Numbered from the stretch's first letter, positions 1-9,669 are shown. The stretch is 64,000 nt of DNA from Candidatus Hinthialibacter antarcticus (GCA_030765645.1 JAVCCE010000052.1:13662-77661), one strand, 5' to 3'. Made by a program: numbers and translations. The notes: generated from the sequence alone by a model not told the origin.

Positions 1-294
1 GCCGTCGCACTCAATAAAGGTTTTTTTGAAACATTGCCAACTTTAAAGCCTGTAAGTAAAGAGGAAGCGGAAATTGCCTGGCTGATTTATGATTTAGAAC
101 CCGATCAAACGAAACTTATACTTAAAAAAGTTGACATTATCTACACCAAATTTAAAAATGCTCTCGATTCAATCACAAAGTCCAAGCCGGGCAACATTGA
201 TGCGTTTATGAATATATTGCAAAACAAAGTTGATAAAAAACTTGAAACGCCGCCGGTCAATAAAACAATTGAAAACCCAATTGAGTCGGAATGA
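1..294 (+). CDS. C-terminal part of a probable type II restriction endonuclease (NotI-like family), truncated by the window edge
   Basis: Frame 1 is open from base 1 (AVALNKGFFETLPTLKPVSKEEAEIAWLIYDL...). This resembles the C-terminus of NotI-family homologues as I recall them. The stop overlaps the ATG of a DNA methyltransferase (ATGA at 291-294). AT-rich. Confidence 0.55.
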   Translation, partial: AVALNKGFFETLPTLKPVSKEEAEIAWLIYDLEPDQTKLILKKVDIIYTKFKNALDSITKSKPGNIDAFMNILQNKVDKKLETPPVNKTIENPIESE

Positions 295-1175
295 TGCAAA
301 CCTATCTTTTTCAAGACGCCGAAAACCAGCTGCATCACAAAGCGGTGAATGTCGCTTCGGTTCCACAGCGCAGCCCGTTCCGGTATCCAGGCGGAAAAAC
401 GTGGTTTGTTCCCCGTTTTCGAGAATGGATTCGAAGCAAACCAACTAAACCAACGTATTTAGTTGAACCATTTCTTGGCGGCGGCATCATTTCTCTTACT
501 GCTGCTTTTGAAGATTTAGTCGAACAAGTCATCATGGTAGAAATTGATGAAGAAGTTGCGGCTGTATGGAAATGCATCATAAACGGAGATTCGGAGTGGT
601 TAGCAAACTGCATTCTTAACTTTCAAATCAATAAAGACAACGTCTTAAAAGAACTTGCGAAAAAAAACAGCGATATCAAAAGCCTCGCCTTTAAAACGAT
701 TCTGAAAAATCGAACCTTTCACGGCGGCATTTTAGCGGCGGGTTCCGGGCTATTAAAAAATGGTGAGAATGGCAAGGGAATTCAATCGCGATGGTATCCT
801 GAAACCTTAGCTCGACGACTCCGCCAGATTGATCAGATCAAACATAAAATTACTTTTATTCAAGCAAATGCATTTGATATTTTGAATGAATACTCCAATC
901 AAGGAAATGTTGTCTTTTTTATTGATCCTCCCTACACCGCTGGCGGCAAAAAAGCAGGAAAAAGGCTTTACACGCATTCTGAGTTAGATCATCAAAAACT
1001 TTTTTCTTGTTGCGCAAAGTTAAAAGGTGATTTTATTATGACCTATGATAATGCAGACGAAGTAAAAGATTTATCTAATGAATATGGATTTTCATCAAAA
1101 ACAATACCAATGAAAAATACGCATCACGCGAACATGACAGAACTTGTTGTCGGGCGTGATTTAATGTGGCTTTAG
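291..1175 (+). CDS. Dam/D12-class N6-adenine DNA methyltransferase
   Basis: SPFRYPGGK N-terminal motif, EPFLGGG SAM-binding motif I, catalytic DPPY motif IV. Confidence 0.9.
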   Translation: MMQTYLFQDAENQLHHKAVNVASVPQRSPFRYPGGKTWFVPRFREWIRSKPTKPTYLVEPFLGGGIISLTAAFEDLVEQVIMVEIDEEVAAVWKCIINGDSEWLANCILNFQINKDNVLKELAKKNSDIKSLAFKTILKNRTFHGGILAAGSGLLKNGENGKGIQSRWYPETLARRLRQIDQIKHKITFIQANAFDILNEYSNQGNVVFFIDPPYTAGGKKAGKRLYTHSELDHQKLFSCCAKLKGDFIMTYDNADEVKDLSNEYGFSSKTIPMKNTHHANMTELVVGRDLMWL

Positions 1176-1221
1176 GGTATTAACGGGTAATTCAACCTCA
1201 AAGAGAGGCGCATCCATCCGC

Positions 1222-2274
1222 ATGATGGCGATACTTCGATTTTTGTTTCGGCTGGCGGGCAATTTTGTCTTCATCTTGTTTCTGCTGGCGGTTCTCATGG
1301 CTGGCATGGGGCTGGGCGGGTTTTTTCTGCTTGATTATCTCATCAAGGGCGAAACCGTGGTGGCGCCCAACGTGATGGGCATGTCCAAATCCCGCGCCAT
1401 CGAGACGCTCACCGAGAGCGAACTGCTGGTTAAAGTGCCTATCGAAGAAGTTAGCGACGAAGACACCCCGCCCGGCATCGTCATTGAACAGCGCCCGTTC
1501 CCGAATACCGTCGTTAAAAAAGGCCGCCGCATCAGCGTCAAAATCAGCAAAGGCCCGCGCCTGGCGATGATCCCAAACCTGATCGGGCGCCCCGACAAAG
1601 AAACCGTCTACGACTTGCGCAGCGTTGATCTGCAAATCGACCAACGCAGCAACGTCTTTCATTCGACCCAGCCCGAAAGCGTGGTGGTCGCCCAAGACCC
1701 GCTGCCGGGCGCGCGTCTGGTGCCGGAAAAGTCGATGGACATTCTGGTGAGCCTCGGCCCCAAGCCGGTCGATTACATCATGCCCAATTACACCGGCATG
1801 GATAGCAAAGACGTGTTGAGTTCCGCTTCGCCCAAACCATTTATTTTTAGCGAAGATGAAATTGAATATAAAAAAAGCAGCGACCCCGCCGAATGGGGGC
1901 GCGTCATCGAGCAGCGTCCTGAACCCGGCGCGCGGATTGCGGCGGGCGAGCACGTAACCTTTACGGTCGCGTCTAGCGGAATGACATTGGGCGCGATCCG
2001 TTTTGTGAACATTCGCTTTGATGCGCCGCCGGTGATGATTTACCCCCGGCGTCCTGCGCTGCTGGTTTGGGACAACGCCTCTAAACTCAACGGCGCTCCA
2101 TCGGTGTTGCCCTTGCGCCTCGATACGCAATTCAGCCCGGTCAATGTATGGATGCCCGTCTACGGCGACGCCGTCGCAGCCTTGTGCGCCATGCGCGACG
2201 ACCAGTCGCTGCCTGAGTATGAGATCATCGATAAACGGTTTTATCCCGCCGTGTTTGAACCAAGCGATCTGTAA
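1222..2274 (+). CDS. Membrane-anchored PASTA-domain protein (about 3 PASTA repeats, no kinase domain)
   Basis: N-terminal hydrophobic helix. Repeats APNVMGMSKSRA..VIEQRP, IPNLIGR..VVAQDP and MPNYTGM..VIEQRPEPG. Confidence 0.85.
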   Translation: MMAILRFLFRLAGNFVFILFLLAVLMAGMGLGGFFLLDYLIKGETVVAPNVMGMSKSRAIETLTESELLVKVPIEEVSDEDTPPGIVIEQRPFPNTVVKKGRRISVKISKGPRLAMIPNLIGRPDKETVYDLRSVDLQIDQRSNVFHSTQPESVVVAQDPLPGARLVPEKSMDILVSLGPKPVDYIMPNYTGMDSKDVLSSASPKPFIFSEDEIEYKKSSDPAEWGRVIEQRPEPGARIAAGEHVTFTVASSGMTLGAIRFVNIRFDAPPVMIYPRRPALLVWDNASKLNGAPSVLPLRLDTQFSPVNVWMPVYGDAVAALCAMRDDQSLPEYEIIDKRFYPAVFEPSDL

Positions 2275-2297
2275 TAAAGACGTTCAGCCTTCATCTT

Positions 2298-2371
2298 TTG
2301 ACAAAGGCCGTCAACAAGCGGCAATTGTTTTATGATTTGAATATTGACAAAATTTATATAGATTATAGTTT
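2298..2371 (+). promoter_or_regulatory. Candidate sigma70 promoter with upstream palindromic operators
   Basis: TTGACA 2344-2349, 16-bp spacer, TAGTTT 2366-2371. Palindromes TTGAC-N7-GTCAA (2298-2314) and AACAA-N7-TTGTT (2313-2329). Confidence 0.4.
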
Positions 2372-2415
2372 GTATGGTAGACGCAGCTTCACAGAATGCT
2401 TGCTTGGATGGATCA

Positions 2416-3057
2416 ATGTCAGAAACTACGAACCAACGTCCGACACGGATGACCATACTTTGCCTACTCAAGAAAAACGGCAAAATGACCGCCAAGCAGA
2501 TCGGCGAGCTGCTGGGCGTGACCGCGATGGGCGCCCGGCAACACCTGACCGCGATGGAAAAAGAAGGCATTCTGCAATCCGAATTTGTCCGTCAAAAAGC
2601 GGGGCGGCCTGCGTTGTATTTTAGTCTCGCTCAACCGTCGGAAAAATTTTTCCCTCAGCAATACAACGATCTCATCGTCAGTCTGCTCAAAACAATGGAA
2701 GAGGTGGACGGGCGCGACAAGATCGGGCAGTTGCTTGAAATTCGCCGTCACAAATTAAAAGAGCAATATGAAGGCCGCATGAACGGCGACGCTACGCCGG
2801 ATCGCATCAAGACATTGGCCGACTTGCGCGACAACGACGGCTATATGGCCGATTTGAACGAAAACGCCGAGCAATTTGAACTGGTCGAACACAATTGTCC
2901 GATTGCGCAGGTCGCGCGTGAGTTTCCCGAAGTCTGTCAGCATGAGTTGGAACTATTCAAAGAACTGATTGGCCTCCCGGTCGAACGGGTGCATCACATG
3001 ATGAACGGCGGTCACGCCTGCGTTTATAAAATCATCAAAACCAAAAACAAAAAATAA
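2416..3057 (+). CDS. SufR-like winged-helix transcriptional regulator (ArsR/COG2345 type)
   Basis: HTH MTAKQIGELLGVTAMGARQHL, then GRP wing. C-terminal EHNCP..x13..C..x23..C Cys pattern. Start uncertain (2374, 2416 or 2449). Confidence 0.8.
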   Translation: MSETTNQRPTRMTILCLLKKNGKMTAKQIGELLGVTAMGARQHLTAMEKEGILQSEFVRQKAGRPALYFSLAQPSEKFFPQQYNDLIVSLLKTMEEVDGRDKIGQLLEIRRHKLKEQYEGRMNGDATPDRIKTLADLRDNDGYMADLNENAEQFELVEHNCPIAQVAREFPEVCQHELELFKELIGLPVERVHHMMNGGHACVYKIIKTKNKK

Positions 3058-3082
3058 CTCATTGATAGAATGAAAACCCAAG

Positions 3083-3112
3083 AGGCCGGATGAACTCATC
3101 CGGCCTTTTTTT
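3083..3112 (+). terminator. Intrinsic terminator
   Basis: AGGCCGGATGA-AC-TCATCCGGCCT followed by a T-run, between convergent genes. Confidence 0.85.
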
Positions 3113-3130
3113 ATCTATATGGAAAGCACG

Positions 3131-6073
3131 CTAATTAAACCGAATCGGAACATAGTTCAGATAATCATTGGCGGGGCTTGTTTCTATTCCGACCGCCGCA
3201 TTCATCAACCACACTGGCTTTTCAACAAACGCTTCGCGAACCGGTTCCAGTGAGATGACCGCTTCGAGCGTAACCAAACTGCCGTCCTGCTCAATGGAAG
3301 CCTTCCACGGAAAGCCTTCATCGGGTTCTGGTTCATTTTCTGCGAGCAGTTCTTTCGGCAGCCAATCAAATTCCTGTTTGGTTAAGTCTTTCATAATTGA
3401 TTGAAACGTCTTTAAAATATCGTCGCCGGAAGGCGCTTCTGTTGCATTCAATTGGAAGTCAAACGGATCGTCATTGATCTTGTTCGCGGATTGCCGCAAG
3501 ATCGACCACCCATCGCCGCTGTTGTGGGCCATGACCGAATAATCAACCCGGCTGGCGTAATCGCGCGATGGACTCAGCGAAATGCGAAACTCCACTTCAT
3601 CGGATGCGACCTCTGCCCCCGGCAGTTGAATGGCGACGTATAATCCGTCGTTGGATTGGGCGACCATCGCCTTTGCGTTTGGAGGCGACAGCAAATCAAA
3701 CGATGGGGCGTCGCTCCACTCGGCGTCATTCTCATTGATGGCTGGAACTAGAATCACTTCATTTGTATTTTCATTTTGCAACAACTGAGACTCGAATTTC
3801 GCAGACGCTGCGACAGGAGATTGCCCATACGTAGTCGTGATTTTTTGCAGAAGCGATTGGGCCGCTTCGATTCTGCCTAAGTCGCGCAACGAAGTCGCGA
3901 CGCCAAACAAGACCATGGCGGCGTCAATCTTTGAATTTGCCTGAGCGAACGACTGAATGCGCTGCCGAATTTCATCGGCGGAACTGGAACCCAGCGCGAC
4001 TTCGCGGGCGATGAGCAGCGACGCGGTCGGGCTGGTTTTTAACGCCAATGCGTAGGCTTCTTCCGCCGCCTGTGGATTGCCCTGGCGTTGATAGGCCGAA
4101 GCCAGGCCGGTGAGATAATCGAGATGAGCGGGGCGTTGTTTGAGTAAGTTTTGATACAAGCGTACAGCGCGTTCGTCGTCCCCACGCTTGGCGCAACTTT
4201 TCGCCCAAGTGAAGACCAATTCTTCCATGCCAACCGAAACCGGGCGGCGCTTGATGTTGGCGGTACTGGGCGTGGCGCGTAAATCCTTCGACACCACCCA
4301 TTTTTCTGTGTGGATTTCTTCTTTAGAGAAGTTTGACTGCTTAGCCGATGCGCGATAAATCTGCATACACCCTAACCAATAGGCGACGCGGTCAATGACG
4401 GCTTCGGCCAGCGCAATCTCATCGGGGTTAGAGTCATTCGCCAGTTGAGTCAGCGAGGTGATGCGCAAAAGCGATTCGCGGGTGGTATAAAATTCGGAGG
4501 CGATATCTTGAAAGGCAATCTTGTGCGCGGGCTGTAAGATTTTATCTTGCAACGCCTGATAGTCGCGGCTTTTCTGGATGCTGGGGCGGCGCCCGTTGCG
4601 CACGTCAATCATCTCGCGAATGAAATTCACGTTAGTGGACAGAATAAACCGGCCTTCGTCAATGCACCAACTCGGCGTGACGGGAACAAACGGCAGGTCG
4701 GAGCCAATCGAGGTAATGGCAACGCCGCGATGGGTTTCTTCATTCACGCCAATGGGGATTTTAAATTGCAGCATGGCGTTGACGAACGCGTCTTGAATTT
4801 TGCTGAGCGATTGCCGCAAGCGGGCTTCATCGTTCGCTTCAATGATTAAAGCAACGTGGTTGGCGGGCGCGACCGCGTTGAGGTCAGCCAACGGACGCAC
4901 CATGCATAATGAATCGCCCATCCACGAGAGCAAGTCGCGCTCAATGTCGACGCCGATCTCATTCATAAACCCGGTCATGTCGGACTTCATTTTTTCGCCT
5001 TGCGGCAAAGTCGCAAGCATCTGGTTCGACAGCGCCCAAAGGTCTTTGAGATTAAAGACATTGCTATACCAAAACGAACCGGTTTGCCTCGGCAGTGACT
5101 CTTGCAGCGGGAACGCCGCCTGCTCGCGCTCGAAAATCTCAGCGAGAAACGAGTCTAAGCGCTCCGGGTCGAGCTCGACGATTGTGGTGGTTTGTTTGAC
5201 GCCGCCTTCTTGAACAATCGACGCCATGCCGTTGGCGCGAACGGCGCGCACGGCGTTCAGCCCGGCCTGAACGCCGCCGAACAGCGATTGGCTCCATTCG
5301 CTATCGTCGCCTTTGCTGGAACCCATCTGAGCGAACCCTTGCGCGGTTTTTGCAATATTCGAGACGCTCTCGACCATCCCCGCGACCGGCATGAACGACA
5401 TCCACGAATGGGGGTTGGGCAAGCGCCCGATGATGGATTGATAATCTTCGTCGTCAACCAAGACATCGTTGGGGTAATCAAACTGCTCAATCAAATCAAT
5501 CACCAACGGTTTGCTGGTGGTGAGAACCAATTTGTTTTCATAAACCGTGTATGACAAACTCAAGCCGGGAATGCGCCCCGGCCCCAACAACGACGTGAGC
5601 GATAAGCCGTCATAAAAATCTTCTTCGACTTCTAACGCCGGCAACACGCTGGCCACGCCGCTGAGCAGATGGTGCAAGTAGAGGTTGGCTTGTTCTTCGT
5701 TCTTGAGTTCTGAAATAAAGATCAGCGTTGGGATGCGGTTGAATTGCTGCCCGAATCCAGTGATCGCCATACACCAGCGGTCGCCAAACACGCCCTCGAG
5801 ATCGCCGATGTCGGCGGATTCGAGCGCTGCGTTCCATTCGTCCATGAGAACGCGCCATTCCAACACGTCGTTCATGGTGTCGCCCAATTGGCGCATGGCT
5901 TCGTCAAAATGAGGGAACGCTTGCTCTGCGTCGAGCGAGGCGTCGCCTTCCATATAGAAAATTATGTCCGCAGGAACGATCTGGTCGAATTGGATCTGCT
6001 GGCTAAAGGCTGTCGACCCGGTCAAGACCGCGATTATGAGTAACGCAAGACGAATTGGCTTCAACATCTTCAT
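3131..6073 (-). CDS. Large exported protein: DUF3352-like region, TPR repeats and a C-terminal CBM9/DOMON-like domain
   Basis: GGAG RBS before ATG 6073. Signal peptide MKMLKPIRLALLIIAVLTGSTAFS. 'GVDIERDLLSWMGD' and 'EETHRGVAI' are DUF3352-like. TPR helices at AVRLYQNLL..AEEAYALAL. 'WSDAP..MVAQSNDGLYVAI' is CBM9-like. Confidence 0.6.
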   Translation of the reverse strand: MKMLKPIRLALLIIAVLTGSTAFSQQIQFDQIVPADIIFYMEGDASLDAEQAFPHFDEAMRQLGDTMNDVLEWRVLMDEWNAALESADIGDLEGVFGDRWCMAITGFGQQFNRIPTLIFISELKNEEQANLYLHHLLSGVASVLPALEVEEDFYDGLSLTSLLGPGRIPGLSLSYTVYENKLVLTTSKPLVIDLIEQFDYPNDVLVDDEDYQSIIGRLPNPHSWMSFMPVAGMVESVSNIAKTAQGFAQMGSSKGDDSEWSQSLFGGVQAGLNAVRAVRANGMASIVQEGGVKQTTTIVELDPERLDSFLAEIFEREQAAFPLQESLPRQTGSFWYSNVFNLKDLWALSNQMLATLPQGEKMKSDMTGFMNEIGVDIERDLLSWMGDSLCMVRPLADLNAVAPANHVALIIEANDEARLRQSLSKIQDAFVNAMLQFKIPIGVNEETHRGVAITSIGSDLPFVPVTPSWCIDEGRFILSTNVNFIREMIDVRNGRRPSIQKSRDYQALQDKILQPAHKIAFQDIASEFYTTRESLLRITSLTQLANDSNPDEIALAEAVIDRVAYWLGCMQIYRASAKQSNFSKEEIHTEKWVVSKDLRATPSTANIKRRPVSVGMEELVFTWAKSCAKRGDDERAVRLYQNLLKQRPAHLDYLTGLASAYQRQGNPQAAEEAYALALKTSPTASLLIAREVALGSSSADEIRQRIQSFAQANSKIDAAMVLFGVATSLRDLGRIEAAQSLLQKITTTYGQSPVAASAKFESQLLQNENTNEVILVPAINENDAEWSDAPSFDLLSPPNAKAMVAQSNDGLYVAIQLPGAEVASDEVEFRISLSPSRDYASRVDYSVMAHNSGDGWSILRQSANKINDDPFDFQLNATEAPSGDDILKTFQSIMKDLTKQEFDWLPKELLAENEPEPDEGFPWKASIEQDGSLVTLEAVISLEPVREAFVEKPVWLMNAAVGIETSPANDYLNYVPIRFN

Positions 6074-6104
6074 GGCTCCGTTGGCGTACTGCGCCAGTTT
6101 TAGG

Positions 6105-6827
6105 CTATATAATCGACATAAAACTAAATAAAGACGCACCCAGCCCAATCACGGCTTGGCGGCGTTTGAGTTCTTCTAATTGATTGACGGCCTCAGTGGC
6201 TTCGGTTTTGATTTGCGTTTGTTCGTCGTTAGCGCGCAACGAAGTGATGCCCTCGCGAATTGCGCTGAGCGCGATTGAGGCTTCGGATTTCGTTTCGATG
6301 GCTTTGTAGGTCTCAGCCAATGCGCCAGAGCGTTCGCTGATGGCGTTGACGCCGGACGAAATCGCACTGCCTGCGAAACTGGCGGTCGCGAGAAGGGCTT
6401 GTTGTTGAATGGGGTCGAGTTCCGCCGTCGGGTTGTCATCCGCCGGGGCTTCAGCGATTCGTTGGCTGCCGTCGTCAACGGGCGCTTGCATCTGCGGGAC
6501 GATGACAATTGAAACCAACGCCAACACAACGCAAGCCGCCATCATAAAACGCGGCGCCAAAAGCCAACTCCAACTGGCGTTGACGCGCCGCGTCGGCATC
6601 GCCAGGCGCTGATGGACTTGCTGCACCGTGTCCGACACCAGGCCGTCGATTTCTGCGTCTGATAAATCAGGTTGCAGCGCATCGTCAAACAGGGCGTAGG
6701 TTTCCAACAGCTGGTGCGCTTCGGGGTCGCTTTCAATGGACTGCGCGACGCGCCGGGCTTGGTCGTCGTCGAGCAGGCCGTCGTAGTAGCGCGAAAGCAT
6801 GTCGGGCGTAATGGGTTGTTTCGCCAT
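6105..6827 (-). CDS. Transmembrane anti-sigma factor
   Basis: Directly downstream of the ECF sigma. N-terminal LSRYYDGLLDD anti-sigma helix, then one TM segment. Confidence 0.8.
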   Translation of the reverse strand: MAKQPITPDMLSRYYDGLLDDDQARRVAQSIESDPEAHQLLETYALFDDALQPDLSDAEIDGLVSDTVQQVHQRLAMPTRRVNASWSWLLAPRFMMAACVVLALVSIVIVPQMQAPVDDGSQRIAEAPADDNPTAELDPIQQQALLATASFAGSAISSGVNAISERSGALAETYKAIETKSEASIALSAIREGITSLRANDEQTQIKTEATEAVNQLEELKRRQAVIGLGASLFSFMSII

Positions 6828-6849
6828 AATCTTTTTCCTGTGTTGCTTG

Positions 6850-7491
6850 TTAGTCCGCCGGGCCGTAAACTTCTTGCAAGACCGGCTGGAGCCGTTTGGT
6901 TAATTTTTTTCTCGCGGCAAATAACGTCGTGCCGACGGTTTGTTCGCTGCATTCCATTACTTCGGCGATTTCTTTCATCGACAGGCCTTCGCAACTTCTC
7001 ATCGTCATCACCATGCGTTGGTTTTTCGGTAATGACTGAATCGCCTGCATGATTGTTTCCTGCTGCGCCGATTGCATGGCGGCTTCGTCGGGGCGCAACG
7101 TGGTGCGTTCGTCGATTGAGGCCGCTTCGATCACAGCAAGAGTTTCGGGCGCCTGATGGTCGAAGGCGGTAACGCGCCCGGGCTTATGTTTGCGGAAGTA
7201 GTCGATGCACAAGTTGTTGGCGGTGCGAAACAGCCACGACTTCAGGCTTTTATCTTCGCGCAACGACGCCAGCGAGCGGTGGAGACGGACGAAGGTTTCT
7301 TGCAGCAGGTCTTTGGCTTCGTCGCGGTCGCGCAACATCCGGTAAATAAAGTGAAACAAGGGTTTTTGGTAGCGCTCCACCAACTCATTGTACCCCCGCT
7401 GGCTGCCGTTTTTCCAAAGCCGCAACGACTGCGCATCAATCTCCCGGTCGGAGACAGGTTCTTGGGCCTCTTTCGCCGCTGGGGGCGCCAT
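6850..7491 (-). CDS. ECF-family sigma-70 factor
   Basis: Region 2 AKDLLQETFVRL..KSWLFRTANNLCIDYFRK. Region 4 LPKNQRMVMTMRSCEGLSMKEIAEVM. The start may be GTG 7506. Confidence 0.92.
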   Translation of the reverse strand: MAPPAAKEAQEPVSDREIDAQSLRLWKNGSQRGYNELVERYQKPLFHFIYRMLRDRDEAKDLLQETFVRLHRSLASLREDKSLKSWLFRTANNLCIDYFRKHKPGRVTAFDHQAPETLAVIEAASIDERTTLRPDEAAMQSAQQETIMQAIQSLPKNQRMVMTMRSCEGLSMKEIAEVMECSEQTVGTTLFAARKKLTKRLQPVLQEVYGPAD

Positions 7492-7788
7492 GTCTAACAC
7501 GATCACTTGTGACTCCCAGGTTTGAACAATTTGGCTACTGCCTCCATCAAGTAATACGTAGCCCGGCCTGAGAATATTTATAAAAAAAACAATTTTTGAT
7601 AAAAGAAAAAGCGCCATGGTTCGTATAGACCAGTATGCGGTTTTTTGGGAAATAAAATCAACGCCTAAATTGCATGATAACGGTTTTCGATCAAATGTCA
7701 CGAAAAGCCTGAACGCGTCTATACTACAGCAGGTTTTTCATGCAATTTTATGGGGAATACGCAGTTTAAAGGGACCAATTCAAATAAA

Positions 7789-8715
7789 ATGACGACTGAA
7801 CAAGCCGCCGTTGCGCTCGACCGCCTCACCGTATCGTTTGGGACGAAAACCATTCTGCAAGATTTGTCCGTCCAGTTTCCATCGGGCGGGATCGGCCTCT
7901 TGGGGCCGAACGGCGCAGGCAAAAGCACCCTGCTCAAGACGCTGATGGGCTTTTTGACGCCCGATCAGGGAACGGCGTCTATCTTTGGCTTGAACCCGGC
8001 CCGCGAAGGCGCGGAGGTTCGCCAGATGTTGGGGTATATGCCCGAAGAAGAGGCCTATATTCCAGGCATGACCGCTGTCGAGTTTGTCTCGTATAATGGC
8101 CGCCTTTCGGGCCTGCCGCCGAACGAGGCGGTGCTGCGCGCCCATCAGTCGCTGCATTATTGCGGGCTGGGCGAAGCCCGTTACCGTAAAATCGACACCT
8201 ATTCGACCGGCATGAAACAACGCATCAAACTCGCGCAAGCGCTAATCCATGACCCCAAATTAATGCTGCTCGACGAACCGACCAACGGGCTTGACCCCGA
8301 AGGCCGCAAAGCGATGCTCGATTTAATTGAAGATATCACCGTCAACAAAGGCATTTCCGTTATCCTGTCGAGCCATCTGCTGCCCGACGTCGAAGCGGTG
8401 TGCGAGTCGGTGATGGTGCTCTTTCAAGGGCGAATTGTCGCTTCCGGCAAAATTGACGACCTCAAGCAACTCGCGCAACGGGCGTTTGAAGTCAACATCA
8501 AAGGAGACGAGACGCGCTTTCGCGAGGCGGTGCAACGCTTCGGCGGCAATTGCGTGATGAAAGAGAACGGCCTCTTGCGGGTGACGTTGCGCGAAGGGCT
8601 GGGCCAGCGCGAGATTTTTGTCGCGGCGCGTGACAGCGATGTGCAGGTACGCCGTATGACCCAGGAAGAAATGACCTTGCAGGAAGTATTCGCCAAAGCG
8701 ATTCAGGCGGCGTAA
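7789..8715 (+). CDS. ABC transporter ATP-binding protein
   Basis: Walker A GPNGAGKS, signature YSTGMKQR, Walker B LLDEPT, H-loop SSH. Confidence 0.95.
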   Translation: MTTEQAAVALDRLTVSFGTKTILQDLSVQFPSGGIGLLGPNGAGKSTLLKTLMGFLTPDQGTASIFGLNPAREGAEVRQMLGYMPEEEAYIPGMTAVEFVSYNGRLSGLPPNEAVLRAHQSLHYCGLGEARYRKIDTYSTGMKQRIKLAQALIHDPKLMLLDEPTNGLDPEGRKAMLDLIEDITVNKGISVILSSHLLPDVEAVCESVMVLFQGRIVASGKIDDLKQLAQRAFEVNIKGDETRFREAVQRFGGNCVMKENGLLRVTLREGLGQREIFVAARDSDVQVRRMTQEEMTLQEVFAKAIQAA

Positions 8716-8733
8716 ACCAGAAGGGAGCCAACA

Positions 8734-9669
8734 GTGCCCGTATATCCACAGACCTACCGCCACTATACTGGCCAATGGCGTCCGCGCTCGCTGGGCTGGA
8801 CGGTGATTGCGCTATCCGGCATCACCCGCTTGTGGCGCAACAAAGGCATCCGATTTATCTTGATGGCCGTCGGGGCCATGTTTATGTTATCGGTGGCGCG
8901 CTTGTATCTGGCGGCGAATATTGAATTATTAGACTATTTGGGAATCAACCTAAACAATGATTCAGGCTTTCGGATTGATGATTTTCAAACAAACCGCTTC
9001 AAGGCCATATTCGCGGTTAACGACGCGTTTTATTTCAACTTTTTCCAATCGGTGTATTTAGGCTTTTTCTTTATCGCCCTTCTTGCGGGCGCAGGGGCCA
9101 TCGCTTCTGACCGCCGCAGCAAAGCGCTGATTTTATACCTTTCCAGGCCGCTGACGCCGTTGGATTACTTGTTCGGTAAATCAGCGTTCATTCTGTTTTA
9201 TTTATACGTAGTGTCGCTTGTCCCCGCGTTATTATTGATGTTTTTACACGCATTCTTTAATGAAGACTGGGGCTACCTGTTCACCCATATTCCATTGGCG
9301 ATGAAAATTTTCGCCTACGCCAATGTGATTGCGATTCCGCTGACCATTTTAATTCTGACGCTATCGTCATTGTTTAAATCCAACGAAGCGGCGGGCGCAT
9401 TTTTCGCTGCGCTCTATTGGCTGCCGGACGTTCTCGTGCAGGCGATTCGCGGCCTGTTGGGACGCTGGTTGTGGGGTTCAAACGACCCCGAATGGTGGTC
9501 GCTGTTGTCTTTATCAAACATCTGGCAGCAGATCGGGTCGTACTTATTCTTAGAGGAAACCACATTTCGATTGCCCTGCGTCTTTCATCTTATTGCGCTG
9601 ATCGTGATGTGCGTGTTGCTCTCGGTTGTGTTATACCGCCAGATTCGCGCAGTGGAGGTGATAACCTGA
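8734..9669 (+). CDS. ABC-2-type exporter permease
   Basis: Multiple TM helices and 'LILYLSRPLT...YLFGK' motif. GTG start with GGGAG RBS. Confidence 0.85.
   Translation: MPVYPQTYRHYTGQWRPRSLGWTVIALSGITRLWRNKGIRFILMAVGAMFMLSVARLYLAANIELLDYLGINLNNDSGFRIDDFQTNRFKAIFAVNDAFYFNFFQSVYLGFFFIALLAGAGAIASDRRSKALILYLSRPLTPLDYLFGKSAFILFYLYVVSLVPALLLMFLHAFFNEDWGYLFTHIPLAMKIFAYANVIAIPLTILILTLSSLFKSNEAAGAFFAALYWLPDVLVQAIRGLLGRWLWGSNDPEWWSLLSLSNIWQQIGSYLFLEETTFRLPCVFHLIALIVMCVLLSVVLYRQIRAVEVIT

Noticed and set aside
1198-2130. Long antisense ORFs (also 18690-19424, 21395-22108, 39566-40246, 45069-46049, 60286-61224)
   Set aside because: They lie opposite or out of frame within well-supported genes, have no recognisable motifs, and are expected in GC-rich coding DNA.
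3083-3106. Terminator contains CCGGATGAACT, matching the MITE-A end
   Set aside because: It is an 11-bp match with no adjoining arm sequence, and the hairpin is fully explained as a terminator.
6073-7701. ORF-track N-terminal extensions (e.g. 6148, 7701, 9417, 14276, 23820, 51463, 55710)
   Set aside because: They overlap neighbouring genes or intergenic DNA. Downstream starts fit RBS, signal-peptide or domain boundaries better.
7696-7719. ECF-type promoter TGTCAC..CGTC before the ABC operon
   Set aside because: The 14-bp spacer is about 2 bp shorter than expected, and the cognate motif is unknown.
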